Part shown: one piece after another, positions 1 to 12,149 of the stretch | How positions within the stretch are numbered: position 1 is the first letter of the stretch | Layout: the number at the start of each line of letters is the position of its first letter | Origin: Octopus sinensis | Lineage: Eukaryota | DNA length: 64,000 bases | Assembly (NCBI RefSeq): GCF_006345805.1 | Contig: NC_043011.1 | Coordinates: 22,766,464-22,830,463, forward strand | Direction: 5' to 3' | Position numbers and translations under genes: made by a program | The notes under the pieces: model-generated | Seen by the model: the letters and a program-made list of their open reading frames with translations, nothing else | What the model was told of the DNA's origin: nothing | Database searches by the model: none

Positions 1-223
1 TATTCGATCATCATTAACTTTGATAAAGAACGACAAGAATACCAGTGTAGTTGGCATGGTTTTAGCGGGGAGGGGGCGCTTTCAAAGATTGGAAAAACAT
101 GGCCGAAATATATAAAACATTATTTGTCATGAAGGGAAACTACTTTAGCAGTGACTGTAATGACATGAAGAATTTAGATAAATTCAATTGTGACGAGAGC
201 GAGGAAGTTAGAAAAATTTTTGT

Positions 224-632
224 AGGCGCAGGAGTGGCTGTGTGGTAAGTAGCTTGTTTACCAACCACATGGTTCCGGGTTTAGTCCCACTGCGTGGCAC
301 CTTGGGCAAGTGTCTTCTACTATAGCCTCGGGCTGACCAAAGCCTTGTGAGTGGATTTGGTAGACGGAAACTGAAAGAAGCCCGTCGTATATATGTATAT
401 ATATATATGAGTGTGTGTGTGTGTCTGTGTTTGTCCCCCTAGCATTGCTTGACAACCGATGCTGGTGTGTTTATGTCCCCGTTACTTAGCGGTTCGGCAA
501 AAGAGACCGATAGAATAAGTACTGGGCTTACAAAAGAATAAGTCCCGGGGTCGAGTTGCTCGATTAAAGGCGGTGCTCCAGCATGGCCGCAGTCAAATGA
601 CTGAAACAAGTAAAAGAAGTAAGAGTAAAAGA
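224..632 (+). mobile_element. tRNA-derived SINE, family A (CORE-like centre, internal TA/TG microsatellite)
   Basis: Head AGGCGCAGGAGTGGCTGTGTGGTAAG with B-box-like GGTTTAGTCCC, centre GGCACCTTGGGCAAGTGTCTTC, tail ...GCAGTCAAATGACTGAAACAAGTAAAAG; more than 10 copies in the window. Confidence 0.9.
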
Positions 633-1079
633 GATCCTAACGACTTGTTACCGACAAACACCAACCGTCGACTTTTTCCTTGAATTCCGGATTTTAGCCT
701 GTTTTCGGCGGCCTGTTGTCTCGTGTGGTTAGATGTCATTCTCCTCAATTAGAGGATTCCATGTGCAAAGTTAATTTGAATGACAAAAAATACATATTGC
801 CTACAGCAGACCCAAAAGTGCCGCCGCCCCATAAAAGTGGTGCCGCCCCATAAAAGTGCCGCCCGGAGCGTGCCGCACCCTCTAGCTACGCTAGTGTTGT
901 GAAGTTCACAGCAAAGCAAGTCAGACAATGTTGACTACAGAACGAAGACGACACTGATTCCTATCCTGACATCCAAGACCAATAATTTTCAAAATAAGTT
1001 CCAGTCACCCCAACGCTGCCCCCACACAAATAAATATTACTGAAGTCTTTTGCTCTACCGCTATCAATTACTTAATTAC

Positions 1080-1540
1080 TTATTTACTTAAGCCCTTCAT
1101 TCCAGTTGGAACATAGGCCAAAGATGACTTTACTCCACTGTTATCGACTCTGAGCTGGCTTTTCTGCATCTTTCGCGGTGGATTCCTACTTTTTCAGTTC
1201 TGCCTTAGTATCCCGCCTCCAGCAATTTGGTGGGGCTTCCTCTCTTCCGCCTCCTTTGTGGGTTACTTTGAGGGAAGGTTTCCTGGGTCCTTGTCATCGA
1301 TGCTTCCATAACTTTGCTTTATTGTAAGTAGGAGGTGTTGGCCCTACGCAAGCCCATTTGTATCTCCGAGAAGAGGTGGTCCATAATAGACTAGCCTTTA
1401 TCCTTTGGCCTGTCCAGCATAGGAGTCCCTATAAGAAGCTTGTTCTCCGCTGGCATAGATCTCGGGGTCATTGAGGCACACGGACCACCACATCGCAACA
1501 AGGACTGGACGTTATTGGTTTCTTATTAAGGTACAGGGTT
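1080..1540 (-). mobile_element. RTE-clade LINE 3' fragment, decayed
   Basis: Minus strand reads NPQRRRKRGSP..(WRR)DTKAELKK..KDAEK.AQ.R..W..GLCS, resembling the RTE ORF C-terminus, followed by short TAAG-type repeats. Confidence 0.65.
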
Positions 1541-2039
1541 AGCTGTTCAGTCGATTACATCGAACCCACTACTTGACAACAACGCTATTTCATTGACACC
1601 CACAGAGGTATGAAAGGCGAGGATTGACTCCAGCAGGATTTGAACACAGAACATAGAGAACCAGAACAAATACTCCGACAATTCTGCCAGTTCGCCACCT
1701 CCTCTCTTAATTATTTTTGATTTAGGCACAAGGCTAAATTGAATGGAGGCGGTTTGGACGTTTACATCGACCCCAGAACTAAACTGCAACATTATTTTAT
1801 CGACCCCGAGTATCATTATCTGCCATGGGTTGGGCGATAGAGTAAATAATGGATTTGTTTTGGTGGAAAACGAAACGTTCTCCAAGTGGAATTGCTATAT
1901 GTGTGAAACAGGACTCACACCAAATTTATATAAAACTAGCAGGACCTGTGAAAATTCAACAGTGTAAGTCAGCATATTTGAAAACATTATGTAGGTAGGT
2001 AAGTGGATCGGTAGGTAGGTAGGTAGGTAGGTAGGTAGG

Positions 2040-2071
<32 letters not shown>

Positions 2072-2139
2072 TGTATGTATGTATGTATGTATGTATGTAT
2101 GTATGTATGCATGTGTGTATGTATGGGCGTGGGAGTGTA

Positions 2140-2510
2140 TGTATGGGCGTGGGAGTAGCTTGCTTACCAACCACATGGTTCCGGGTTCAGTCCCACAGCG
2201 TGGCACCTTCTTCTATTATAGCCTCGGGCCGACCAAAGCCTTGTGAGTGGATTTGTTTGACGGAAACTGAAAGAAGCCTGTCGTATATATGTATATATAT
2301 ATGTTTGTGTGTCTGTGTTTGCCCCCCACCCCCAATATTGCTTGACAACCGATGCTGGTGTGTTTAAGTCCCCGTAACTTAGCGGTTCGGCAAAAGAAAC
2401 CGATAGAATAAGTACTAGGCTTACAAAGAATAAGCCCTGGGGTCGATTTGCTCAACTAAAAGGTGGTGCTCCAGCATGGCTACAGTCAAATGACTCACAC
2501 AAGTAAAAAA
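2140..2510 (+). mobile_element. SINE family A, preceded by (TAGG)n/(TATG)n microsatellite
   Basis: Same centre and tail as 224..632. Confidence 0.85.
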
Positions 2511-3104
2511 AATGTTTGTATATATGTATGTATGCATGTATGTATGTATGTATGTATGTATGTATGTATGTGTGTGTGTATGTGTGTGTATGTGTGTATG
2601 TGTGTATATATGTATGTATGGATGGATGGATGGATGGATGGATGGATGGATGGATGGATGGGTGGATGTATGTATGTATGTATGTATGTATGGATGTATG
2701 TATGTATGTATGTATGTATGGATGGATGGATGGATGTAAATGTGGTGGTCGTGGTTATACGAAATACGGCCTTCTGCTTGATCAGCACAAACAGAAGAGA
2801 AATCATTCTTATATAAGTTGTAATCACAAAATGAATATAAAGGTAGACAATTAAAGGGAAATAAATCTTGCATTGTCGATGAGTTTGTAGGTTATTTCTC
2901 TGCTCTTTCACATCTCCCTATTCCTATGTTCAGTTAAGATGAGTGAAAAAAAGTGAAATAAAATGAAATAAAATAAATTAATTAACGACTAATGTTCAAT
3001 TAAGAGTGAAATAAAGTAAGATAAAATGGTATAAAACAAATTAATTAATGACAAAAACGTAATAATCGAAAATTCCAAAATGTTGTATGGGTTAAATTCG
3101 GATT

Positions 3105-3788
3105 TTATTCAGGAGAGAAATGTGGAGACAGAGCAAAATGTTCCCAGTTCATGGCTCAAATAATATTGTGATACAGGGTCGCCTCTGCTCAAATGGATAT
3201 AGAATACACGGTTGAGACGTCGTGAGCAACTACTTTATTTCTAAAGTGCTTCTGGAGAAATGGCCGAGCTATAATAACTTGAGCGGTTATCTCGTACAGT
3301 TTATAATAACTTGAGCGGGTATCTCGTACAGTTTACAGTAGTTCGCGTCTTGTGTTGGTTTGCTGTAGTATCTCTACTCACACAAACGGCTATCCACCGT
3401 GTTACATCATTTAAGGCTCAAGATAGGTCTTATTCAGGAGAGAAATGTGGAGACAGAGCAAAATGTTCCCAGTTCATGGCTCAAATAATATTGTGATACA
3501 GGGTCGCCGCTGCTCAAATGGATATAGAATACACGGTTGAGACGTCGTGAGCAGCTACTTTATTTCTAAAGTGTTTCTGGAGTAATGGCCGAGCTATAAT
3601 AACTTGAGCGGTTATCTCGTACAGTTTATAATAACTTGAGCGGTTATCTCGTACAGTTAATAATAACTTGAGCGGGTATCTCGTACAGGTTATCTCGTAC
3701 AGTTCGCGTTTTGTGTTGGTTTGCTGTAGTATCTCTACTCACACAAACGGCTATCCACCGTGTTACATCATTTAATGCTCAAGATAGG
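3105..3788. repeat. Tandem duplication, ~325 bp unit, with an internal ~30 bp subrepeat
   Basis: TTATTCAGGAGAGAAATGTGG starts at 3105 and 3430; TATAATAACTTGAGCGGTTATCTCGTACAGTT occurs 2x in copy 1 and 3x plus a partial in copy 2. Confidence 0.9.
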
Positions 3789-4444
3789 TTTGATGTCTTA
3801 TGCATCAGCATGATCGAATAGTTTAAAAGGCCGTTTTGCAATTCCCGAAGCCTCTGCATGACATTTTAGGTTAGTGTCTCTTGCCAGAGTCAGAAGCCTT
3901 ATTAGTGAAATTGTTTGTTTTAATTTCGTGATGTTTCCTATAAATGAGAGAAATTGTTGATCTAGAAATTTTCTAATCCATTTATGCCACTCACCGTGGT
4001 GTTATTTCCGTTGCATATTTTATTATCTTTGATCTGTTACTTGTTTCAGTCGTTTCTTAGATTGCACCTTGAAGAATTTTTAGTTGAATGAATCGACCCC
4101 AATAATCATTTTCTTTTAAAGCCTGGTACTTATTCTATCGGTCTCTTTTGATAAACTGTTAAGTTATAGGGACATAAACACACCAACACCTATTGTCAGG
4201 CGGTGGTGGGGTATAAACACAGACACAAAGACACACACACATTATACGATGGGATTCTTAGTTTCCGTCTGCCAAATCTACTCACAATGCTTTGGTCAGC
4301 CTGAGGCTACAGTAGAAGACACTTGCTCAAGGTGCCACGCAGTGGGACTGAACCCGGAACCATGTGGTTAGGAAGCAAGCTTCTTACCACACAGCCAATT
4401 ATGGAACCCCACAATCGTCACTTCGGATGCAATTTGTTTTGCTG

Positions 4445-4750
4445 TTGTTTGTTCCTTCTCAAGCCACGCCTGGCTCATAAGGGCCGGTTTCCCGGTTTCC
4501 TTGGCGTGTAGGTTCCCCACCTGGACGGGACGCCGGTCCGTCGCAGGGGAGCTGCAAGATGCAGGAAGAAAGCGTGAGAGAAAGTTGTGGCGAAAGAGTC
4601 AGCAGGAGTTCGCCATTACCTTCTGCCGGAGCCGCGAGGAGCTTAGGTATTTCGCTCATAAACACACACATCGCCCGGTCTGAGATTCGAACCCGCGATC
4701 CCTCGACCGCGAGTTCGCTGCTCTAACCACTAGGCCATGTGCCTCCACCG
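4445..4750 (-). mobile_element. tRNA-derived SINE with V-domain-like centre
   Basis: Minus strand: A-box TGGCCTAGTGGTTAG, B-box GGTTCGAATC, and CCTGCGACGGACCGGCGTCCCGTCCAGG resembling the V-SINE domain. Confidence 0.7.
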
Positions 4751-5238
4751 GGTGCAATTTACTTTCAATTTTTCAAGACGATAAATTGCTTGTTCGCCCA
4801 AATGGTAATTAATTCACTTTAATTCATTTTAGCAATCATTTACGTAAATTGATGTTTTATTTGACGTTGAGTGTGTGTGCATTTGTGTTTAATATGGTTT
4901 AGAGCAGGGCATAAAAATATTCTGTGTGCATAAGGTGCAGGAGTAGCTGTGTGGTAAGAATCCTGCTTCCCAACTGTGATAGTTGCACTGGGTTGTTGAT
5001 TTGGTATCCTCACATGTATATAGAACTCTCAAAGGAAGTCTCGTGCAATCACATGGAAATCACGACGGGTGAATGCTACTAGCAACGGTACAGCGTGGTT
5101 CTCCAAAAGTGAGCTTGTTGTTACGAATATTCCACATTTGTCCTGTAAGAGTGAAATACAACACCAACCACATGGTTCCGGGTTCAGTCCCACTGCGTGG
5201 CACCTTGGAGCTGGTAGACGGAAATTGAAAGAAACCTG

Positions 5239-5290
<52 letters not shown>

Positions 5291-5561
5291 ACCACCGCCG
5301 CTTGACAGCCGGTGTTGGAGTGTTAACGTTCCCATAACTTAGCTATTCGGCAAAAGAACTGATAGAATGAGTATCAGGCTTAAAAAAAATAATAAAGTAC
5401 TGGGGTCGATTCATTCGACTAGAATTCTTCAAAGTAGTACCCCAGCATGGCCGCAGTTTAATGATTGAAATAAGTGAAAGAATAAAAGTATATGTGCATT
5501 GTATCAGATTCAGTTGAAGCATTTCTCTCGGTACCGTATCGGAGATCAAAGATGTTCTATA

Positions 5562-5795
5562 CCTATTTCTTTACTACCCACAAGGGGCTAAACACAGAGG
5601 GGACAAACAAGGACAGACAAAGGGATTAAGTCGATTACATCGACCCCAGTGCGTAACTGGTACTTAATTTATCGACCCCGAAAGGATGAAAGGCAAAGTC
5701 GATCTCGGCGGAATTTGAACTCACAACGTAACGGCAGCCGAAATACGGCTACGCACTTCGCCCGGCGTGCTAACGTTTCTGCCAGCTCGCCGCCT
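5562..5795 (-). mobile_element. SINE family B (Meta-like centre, Tx1-like tail)
   Basis: Head GGCGGCGAGCTGGCAGAA, B-box GAGTTCAAATTCC, centre GACTTTGCCTTTCATCCTTTCGGGGTCGAT, tail ...GCCCCTTGTGGGTAGTAAAGAAATA. Confidence 0.9.
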
Positions 5796-6047
5796 ACCAG
5801 CCAGTGGCGGCTCGTATATAGGCACTGCGGAACTGCAGCCCCTCTCCCACCTATTTCCACTCGATATTATCGATAGAGTGGTTGTATACTGTCAACTTAA
5901 CGTGACAGTCCTGTAAGGGAATTACACCACCGCTGTTTAACTCTAGGAAGCATCGACGCTTCCTGTCGGCCTTGGCACATTTCCCGTGTCCTTACATATT
6001 TACGAAGGGGAGACAAACACCCCCAACAGTTAGGCCTGCATCTAGAG

Positions 6048-6248
6048 CAGTGTTTTTCAAACTTTTTGCTGGAGCGGAACCCCAAGGAAACATTCCACTG
6101 GCTCAAGGAACCCCTGTGCAATAATTTAATAGTCTTATGCACACATATCTGCACAGGAGAATTAAAAATTACTGCCGATTTTAGCAGTTTTGTAACTTCT
6201 TGCGGAACCCCTGGACTGTACTGGCGGAACCCTGGTTGAAAACCACTG
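6048..6248. mobile_element. hAT (Charlie-like) MITE
   Basis: TIRs CAGTGTTTTTCAA / TTGAAAACCACTG; 8 bp TSD ATCTAGAG at 6040..6047 and 6249..6256. Confidence 0.9.
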
Positions 6249-6806
6249 ATCTAGAGACATGCACGTTTCTGGGTCTTGCCCATCATCAGTCTAGAGTAGC
6301 AGAGGCCTGCTAGCTGAAGATATTTGTCGAGACTTCGATAACATTCAATATAATGAGTCCTTTTTTTCTTTAATTTTTCCTTCATACTTGTACATTACAT
6401 AATCCTTAAGCTTAATGTCAGTAGCTATTTCATAGTTTATGAAAAAAAATACAAAATTCCTTGTTTAGAACTGTACGCTTCACAGTTCCGGCGACGCGGT
6501 GTTTGGCTGTTGTGCGCATGGTCACATGTCCGAGATAGGAAGCTTCACGTGAAGGAGAGAGAGCACTGCGTGAATGACAGTGCCGGGTGTTCAACTGGCT
6601 AAACATTTTCTGAAGCAGCAAGGCTCCCCAACTAATTTGATCTACGAGCCGCCACTGATACAAGTAGTTCTCAACCAGGATCCATATAACCCCTGTGGAT
6701 TCATATAAGATTTTTGGTGGTCCAAGGACTCATGAAAAAAGTGTGCTTTAGATGTATTTATTAGTGTGTATTGCAAGAAAGGGATAGGTTTTTTTTTTCA
6801 GCGATG

Positions 6807-6837
<31 letters not shown>

Positions 6838-8577
6838 TGTGTGTGTGGAGAGAGGGAGGGAAGAGAAGAAGAAAGAAGAAGAAGAAGAAGAAGAAGAAGA
6901 AGAAGAGATGGACGGATGGATGGATAGACGGACGGACGGACAGATGGATGGGTCAAAACGGAATTGGTACATCGAACAAAAATAGTGTATTTGGTTGGTT
7001 CAATCCAGATTATGTCCCTTTACAATTTACGAGTAAAATAAATAAAAAAAAACTAGAGTTATAAAAATAATACCGGCAACAATTTATTTCACTTATTTTC
7101 CCCCCTCATTCAGTTATATATGTTAACCAAAAAAAAAAAAATCGGTTGATTTTAATATGAAAATGAAGAAAATTCGATTAAAGCATGTTTTAAAAAAAAA
7201 TTACAATATTTAAAATTAAAAGTTCGTTCATGTCTGTAAGTTGCAGAATCCAATGCTTATATTAACATTGAATTGTTTTTGACTAGGCACAAGATCTCAG
7301 GTTATGGTGCAGGAAAAAAATAAGATGTTTCATATTTTTCTTATTTTTCCAAGATCATTGACGGCGAAAATGAAATGAAAAGGTTTCATTTTATGAATTG
7401 AAATCGTGTCACGAACTCTGCTCGCTAGGAGCTATCTTCATTTTTATAATTTGTTCTACAGTAGTCAAAACAATATTATATCAAATATATCTTTTGTTGC
7501 GAGTCCATAGATATTGAACTAAAGCAGAGAATGAAAATTAAAAAGTTCATTAGCTTTTCCGCAGTGTTCTTGAGTTATTTCCCTTGGATCATCAAGCTTT
7601 CAGCGTTACGTGTTCCTGCGAAGGAAAGAAAAATCATTTAGAGATATATATATATATTTGCTGAAGAATAAAAATTAAAATGCGATTACAACAAATGCCC
7701 AAAACAAAACATCAAAAATATAATAAAAAGCTTCAGTTACAGTTTGAGCTACAGAATTATCACAAATTATCAATATAATCCCAGATTGAAAAATGTACTA
7801 AATTTACGAGAAATACGAAAGCAATTTTACGAAGATTTTTTTAAAACACGACCGGCGCGGTTAGTAAATAGTAGAGGCATGCCTGCATAGTCTAGCAGTT
7901 TGTTTCTCAATCACATGGTAGTAAATTTGATCGAATTGGGTATTTTTGTTTTTGTTTTATTTTTGTGTTGTTTTTTTTTCTTTCTTTCTTTGGGGGAGGA
8001 TCGGGGTGGCTTTTGAGACCGATACGAGTGGGGAAATGAAGTTACACTTGGACAGATACCTGTCTAGGAAGTGGTGCTTGAAGCATTCGGCGTATATTTG
8101 AGCGTGGATGCGAGCCTCGTGACTTAGAAAGAGATAGTCGACAGGGTTGTCACATGCGGTGTGTATATCTCAACATCCTTACTAAGTCTACTACTGGGAA
8201 GTTTATCTTTATGCTTCCTGATGATATAACGGTAGACTTAGTGATTAGTAGTTATAAGTTTCGTACAATACGAATAAAGGTGTACGTTTTGGTTGTCTGT
8301 GATTTCTAACCATAATTTGGTACGTAAAGGGGGTAATTATCTGACAGAGATACATGGGCAGCTAGTGAAGGGTTACTTTCAGGCTCTGGCATAATTTGGT
8401 ACGTAAAGAGAGTAATTGTCAGACAGAGATACGTGGGCAGCTAGTGAAGGATTACTTTCAGGTTCTGGTGTTTGGAGATTTGCATGTGCAGAATATTCTC
8501 TACGTTCCTTTTTCCAATCCGTAGACATTGTATTGTAGGAGCAGTTTTAAACACTTGAATGTTTCTACCGTCTACAC

Positions 8578-9574
8578 CACGGGTCCTCGACCATTTTTCA
8601 TCTATGGACCCCCTTTGATTTCTATTTTATTCTGGTGGACCCCCATAGCCTCTCAATGTTTAAAAACTAGTTTTATAGAAAATTCTTTCAAAATTCCTAT
8701 TTTGTTTTTCACACATTGACTTGTGTAGGTGGAACTATGAAAGAATCTTAACTGTTTCTCACAATACATACCAATACATATGTAGTGGCTTCTTGCAGGC
8801 ATAGCGTGGATTCGATCCTCGATCGCTAAATTTCACATAGCAGTTCAACAGCACTTCTCTCACGGTAAAACAATAGTTTTTTCTGTGAGTGACAGCAGTT
8901 ACATTTGCCAGATGTCTTCACTAAGCAGAATAATGTCTTTGTCACTTGACCCTTCAAACTTCTTCTAGGCCACCAAAAGATAGAATAGAGATAACAGGTA
9001 CCACCAACGTAATCGATTGTCCTCAACAATATGTCTGTCTTTCTAACTAGTTTTGGATAGTTATAAATACTAGAATTTGGCAAGGCAAAATTAGTTAGTG
9101 AACGGACCACTAGAGTCATAGTCACAAGCAGGCAGTCACTAAAGACAAACGGCCAACTATGAGACACAACTTCCCTCGACTCTATAACTTTCACTAACTC
9201 ACTTTCTTTTCTCTGTAACATTACCATATCTCTCTCTATAAACCACTATACACATACCGGCCGAAATTAACTCTTTTGACCTCGCATGCTTTTCCATTTT
9301 CTAATTATACATACCAACCCGTCGTGGTTTGGATATAAACAAAGTAACGGTAAATAAATATTTCTTTACAACTTCAATCACTGTTCATCTTTCACATCTT
9401 ACAACATGCCACGGCAATAAATCATTACCGTCACACATACATCTAAAGTAAAATTGTTTTCAGGGACCCTTAAAATATTATTCTGGATCCCCAATTTACT
9501 CTTTTGTTGTATGGACCCCCAAAAATCTTTTCTGGACTTTCAGGGGCCATATGGACCCCGGTAGAGAACCACTG
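8578..9574. mobile_element. hAT MITE with a ~0.65 kb nested insertion
   Basis: 8 bp TSD GTCTACAC at 8570..8577 and 9575..9582; right end GAGAACCACTG; internal GGACCCC subterminal motifs; unrelated sequence at about 8780..9435. Confidence 0.75.
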
Positions 9575-9745
9575 GTCTACACTATGAAAGTACATTACTA
9601 TAATTAGGAATATTTCCATTAAATACCATCTGAATCGTCAATCTCGACATACTTTAAAGATATTAACTAATGTCTCCATTGACACAGATAACGATGGACG
9701 TATCCTTTTCTTGGGCACACAATTTAATATTTAATTTTAATACTT

Positions 9746-10580
9746 GGCGGTGAGCTGGCAGAATAGTTAACACGCCGTGTAAAATGCTGAGCGGCATTTC
9801 GTCCGTCTTTACGTTCTGGTTCAAATGCCGCCAGAGACGACTTTGCCTTTCATCCTTTCGGGGTCGATTAAATAAGTACCAGTTACGTACTGGGGTCGAT
9901 GTAATCGACTTAATCCGTTCGTCTGTCCTTGTTTGTCCGCTCTGTGTTTAGCCCCTTGTGGGTAGTAAAGAAATAGGTATTTCGTCTGCCGTTACGTTCT
10001 GAGTTCAAATTCTGCCGAGGTCGACTTTGCCTTTCATCCTTTCGGGGTCGATAAATTAAGTACCAAATGCGTACTGGGGTCGATCTAATCGACTGGCCTC
10101 CTGTCCCAAAATTTCGGGCCTTGTGCCTAGAGTAGAAAAGAATATGACTCTGAAGTTTACGGCGGCGTGCTGGAAAAATCGTTACCGCGCCGTCTTCGTG
10201 TTCTGAGTTCAAATTGCGCGGAAGTCGACTTGGCCTTTCATTCATTCGGGATTGATAAGATAAGTACCAGTTAAGGACTGGGGTTGATATAATTGACTCA
10301 TTCCCTTCTCCAATCTTGCTGAACTTGTGCCAAAATTTGAAACCAATATTAATATGAAGTGTAAGGCGGTGAGCTGGCAGAATTATTACCGCGTCGGGCG
10401 AAATGCTTAGCGGCATTTCATTCGTCATTACGTTCGAAATTCAAGTTTCGCCGAGGTCGACTTTGCCTTTCGTCCTTTCGAGATCGATAAAATAAGCAGC
10501 AGTTGAGTACTGGGGTTGAAGTAATTAACTTACTTCCTCTCCAAAACTTGCTGGCATTTTGCCAAAATTTGAAATCAATA
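9746..10580 (+). mobile_element. Cluster of SINE family B copies (one dimer plus two monomers with alternative tails)
   Basis: Head at 9746; tail joined to an internal site (AAAGAAATA|GGTATTTCGTCTG) near 9976; further heads near 10160 and 10365. Confidence 0.85.
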
Positions 10581-10624
10581 TTTAGATGAAGTCTAGCCTT
10601 TCTTGAGCTCATGACCATTACATC

Positions 10625-11000
10625 ATGTCACATCTCGAAGGCTACATCTTTGCAAAACAAGAGCGGAAGACAGCTGCGAAATAACTCTTGAACAAATGGG
10701 ACAGCGCAAAATACCAACATGCAAATGCTAATGTCGAATACGTCACACTACAATGGAGGACATAACACATGTAGTCAGCAGCTGTCCAAAAATTCATTGT
10801 GACACTACTTCCCACTAAGACGTGATACTGTTGCTAAAACAATATACAATGCCGTCCGCAGAAAAGACTGCCCTGGAATAAATACAAACAATACCTCTGC
10901 TCCGGAATGCACACATTCATATCAATACAAAGAATATTGGTAGAAAATTCCCAGCAATTTCTACCAACTGTAAGCTTAACAGAACTGATTTAGTTATTTA
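10625..11000 (+). mobile_element. R4/NeSL-like non-LTR retrotransposon fragment (CCHC finger to REL endonuclease start), decayed
   Basis: Across frameshifts reads HLEGYIFA.QE ... CRI..TMEDITHVVSSCP ... YFPL(R)RDTVAKTIY ... EYW ... NCKLNRTDLVI. Confidence 0.65.
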
Positions 11001-11164
11001 GGTCAGAATAAAAAAAAGGCCATGTACAGTCATTATCTTCCCTGTTGATGTGAGAATCTCTTCGAAAGCTAGTGTGAAGGAGAATATTTATGAATAACTG
11101 TTTCGGAGCCTATAGTACTTCCATCCCGATTTAAAAAATATATTTTGAAATATATATATATATC

Positions 11165-11396
11165 TATTTCTTTACTACCCACAAGGGGCTAAACACAGAG
11201 AGGACAAACAAGGACAGACAAACGGATTAAGCCGATTTTATCGACCCCAGTGCGTAACTGATATTTATTTAATCGACCCCGAAAGGATGAAAGGCAAAGT
11301 CGACTTCGGCGGAATTTGAACTCAGAACGTAGCGGCAGACGAAATACCTCTAAGAATTTCGCCCGGCGGGCTAACGATTCTGCCAAGCTCGCCGCC
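11165..11396 (-). mobile_element. SINE family B
   Basis: Full head-centre-tail; flanked by duplicated ATATATTTTGAAATATATATAT(AT)C. Confidence 0.9.
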
Positions 11397-11948
11397 CTAT
11401 ATATTTTGAAATATATATATCTTGAAAATACTGGGTGTCCCAGAATTAACTATCTATTTTAGAGTGATCGAACATTTTTTTTTAAAATCACATTTATTCG
11501 TGTTTATCATGTTTAAAATGTGTTTTAAGTGTATAAATACTTAATTTTACTTTTAAAAATGTATAATTTTTATTATTTTTGTTTCCCATAATTTTATGAT
11601 TTATTTTATTTTCATTTTATTTTCAATTCTGTTGGATCCCGATCAACTGTCCACGACAGCTTTTTTTTTTTATTTGGCTGCAATCATTTTCTCAACCTTC
11701 ACTTTGGGGTTAGTTACCTTTTTATGGAATTCTTGGGGTTTGTCGCTTTTATAATCTTCAGAGTCTGAACTAGCAGGTGAATGAAGAGGCGGAAACTGGG
11801 ACAGTTAAAGGTTGTAAGCATTGCCACTGTGGTAAAATTCACGACTGAGTTTGGGTTTCTTGTGAGTTTGACCTCGTCATCATAAGAACTTTAACAATGC
11901 GGCCTTCTTTCGATTGTTATCACTACCTCAGAATGGTTGCGAAACATG

Positions 11949-11986
<38 letters not shown>

Positions 11987-12077
11987 CGTAGAGACACATA
12001 CATATACACATATAAAGACTGAGAAGTGGCACGCTTTCGCTAACTATTTTAGGTGCCTGTGTAGTTGCGAACAGACG

Positions 12078-12111
<34 letters not shown>

Positions 12112-12149
12112 CTCTCTCTCTCTCTCTCTCTTTCTCAGTCCTCCCCAAT

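Noticed and set aside
224-330. tRNA genes at SINE heads
   Set aside because: A/B boxes are present, but the sequence continues into SINE bodies with no acceptor stem or terminator; annotated as SINEs.
1895-2911. Many ORFs rich in YIHT/MYVC/HPSI (also 15.1-16.1, 20.3-20.9, 30.4-30.7, 33.8-34.8, 47.4-48.2, 49.6-50.0, 53.8-54.6 kb)
   Set aside because: They are translations of stop-free microsatellites, not genes.
3285-3700. 30 bp repeats as a CRISPR array
   Set aside because: The repeats are adjacent, without spacers, in eukaryotic context.
5018-5034. 15-mer TAGAACTCTCAAAGG shared with the PLE junction near 42617
   Set aside because: A single 15-mer match is expected by chance among all position pairs in a 64 kb window; there is no flanking similarity.
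8826-9227. 133 aa minus ORF faintly resembling an L1-type AP endonuclease
   Set aside because: No catalytic motifs can be identified with confidence; left unassigned as the nested insert in the hAT MITE.
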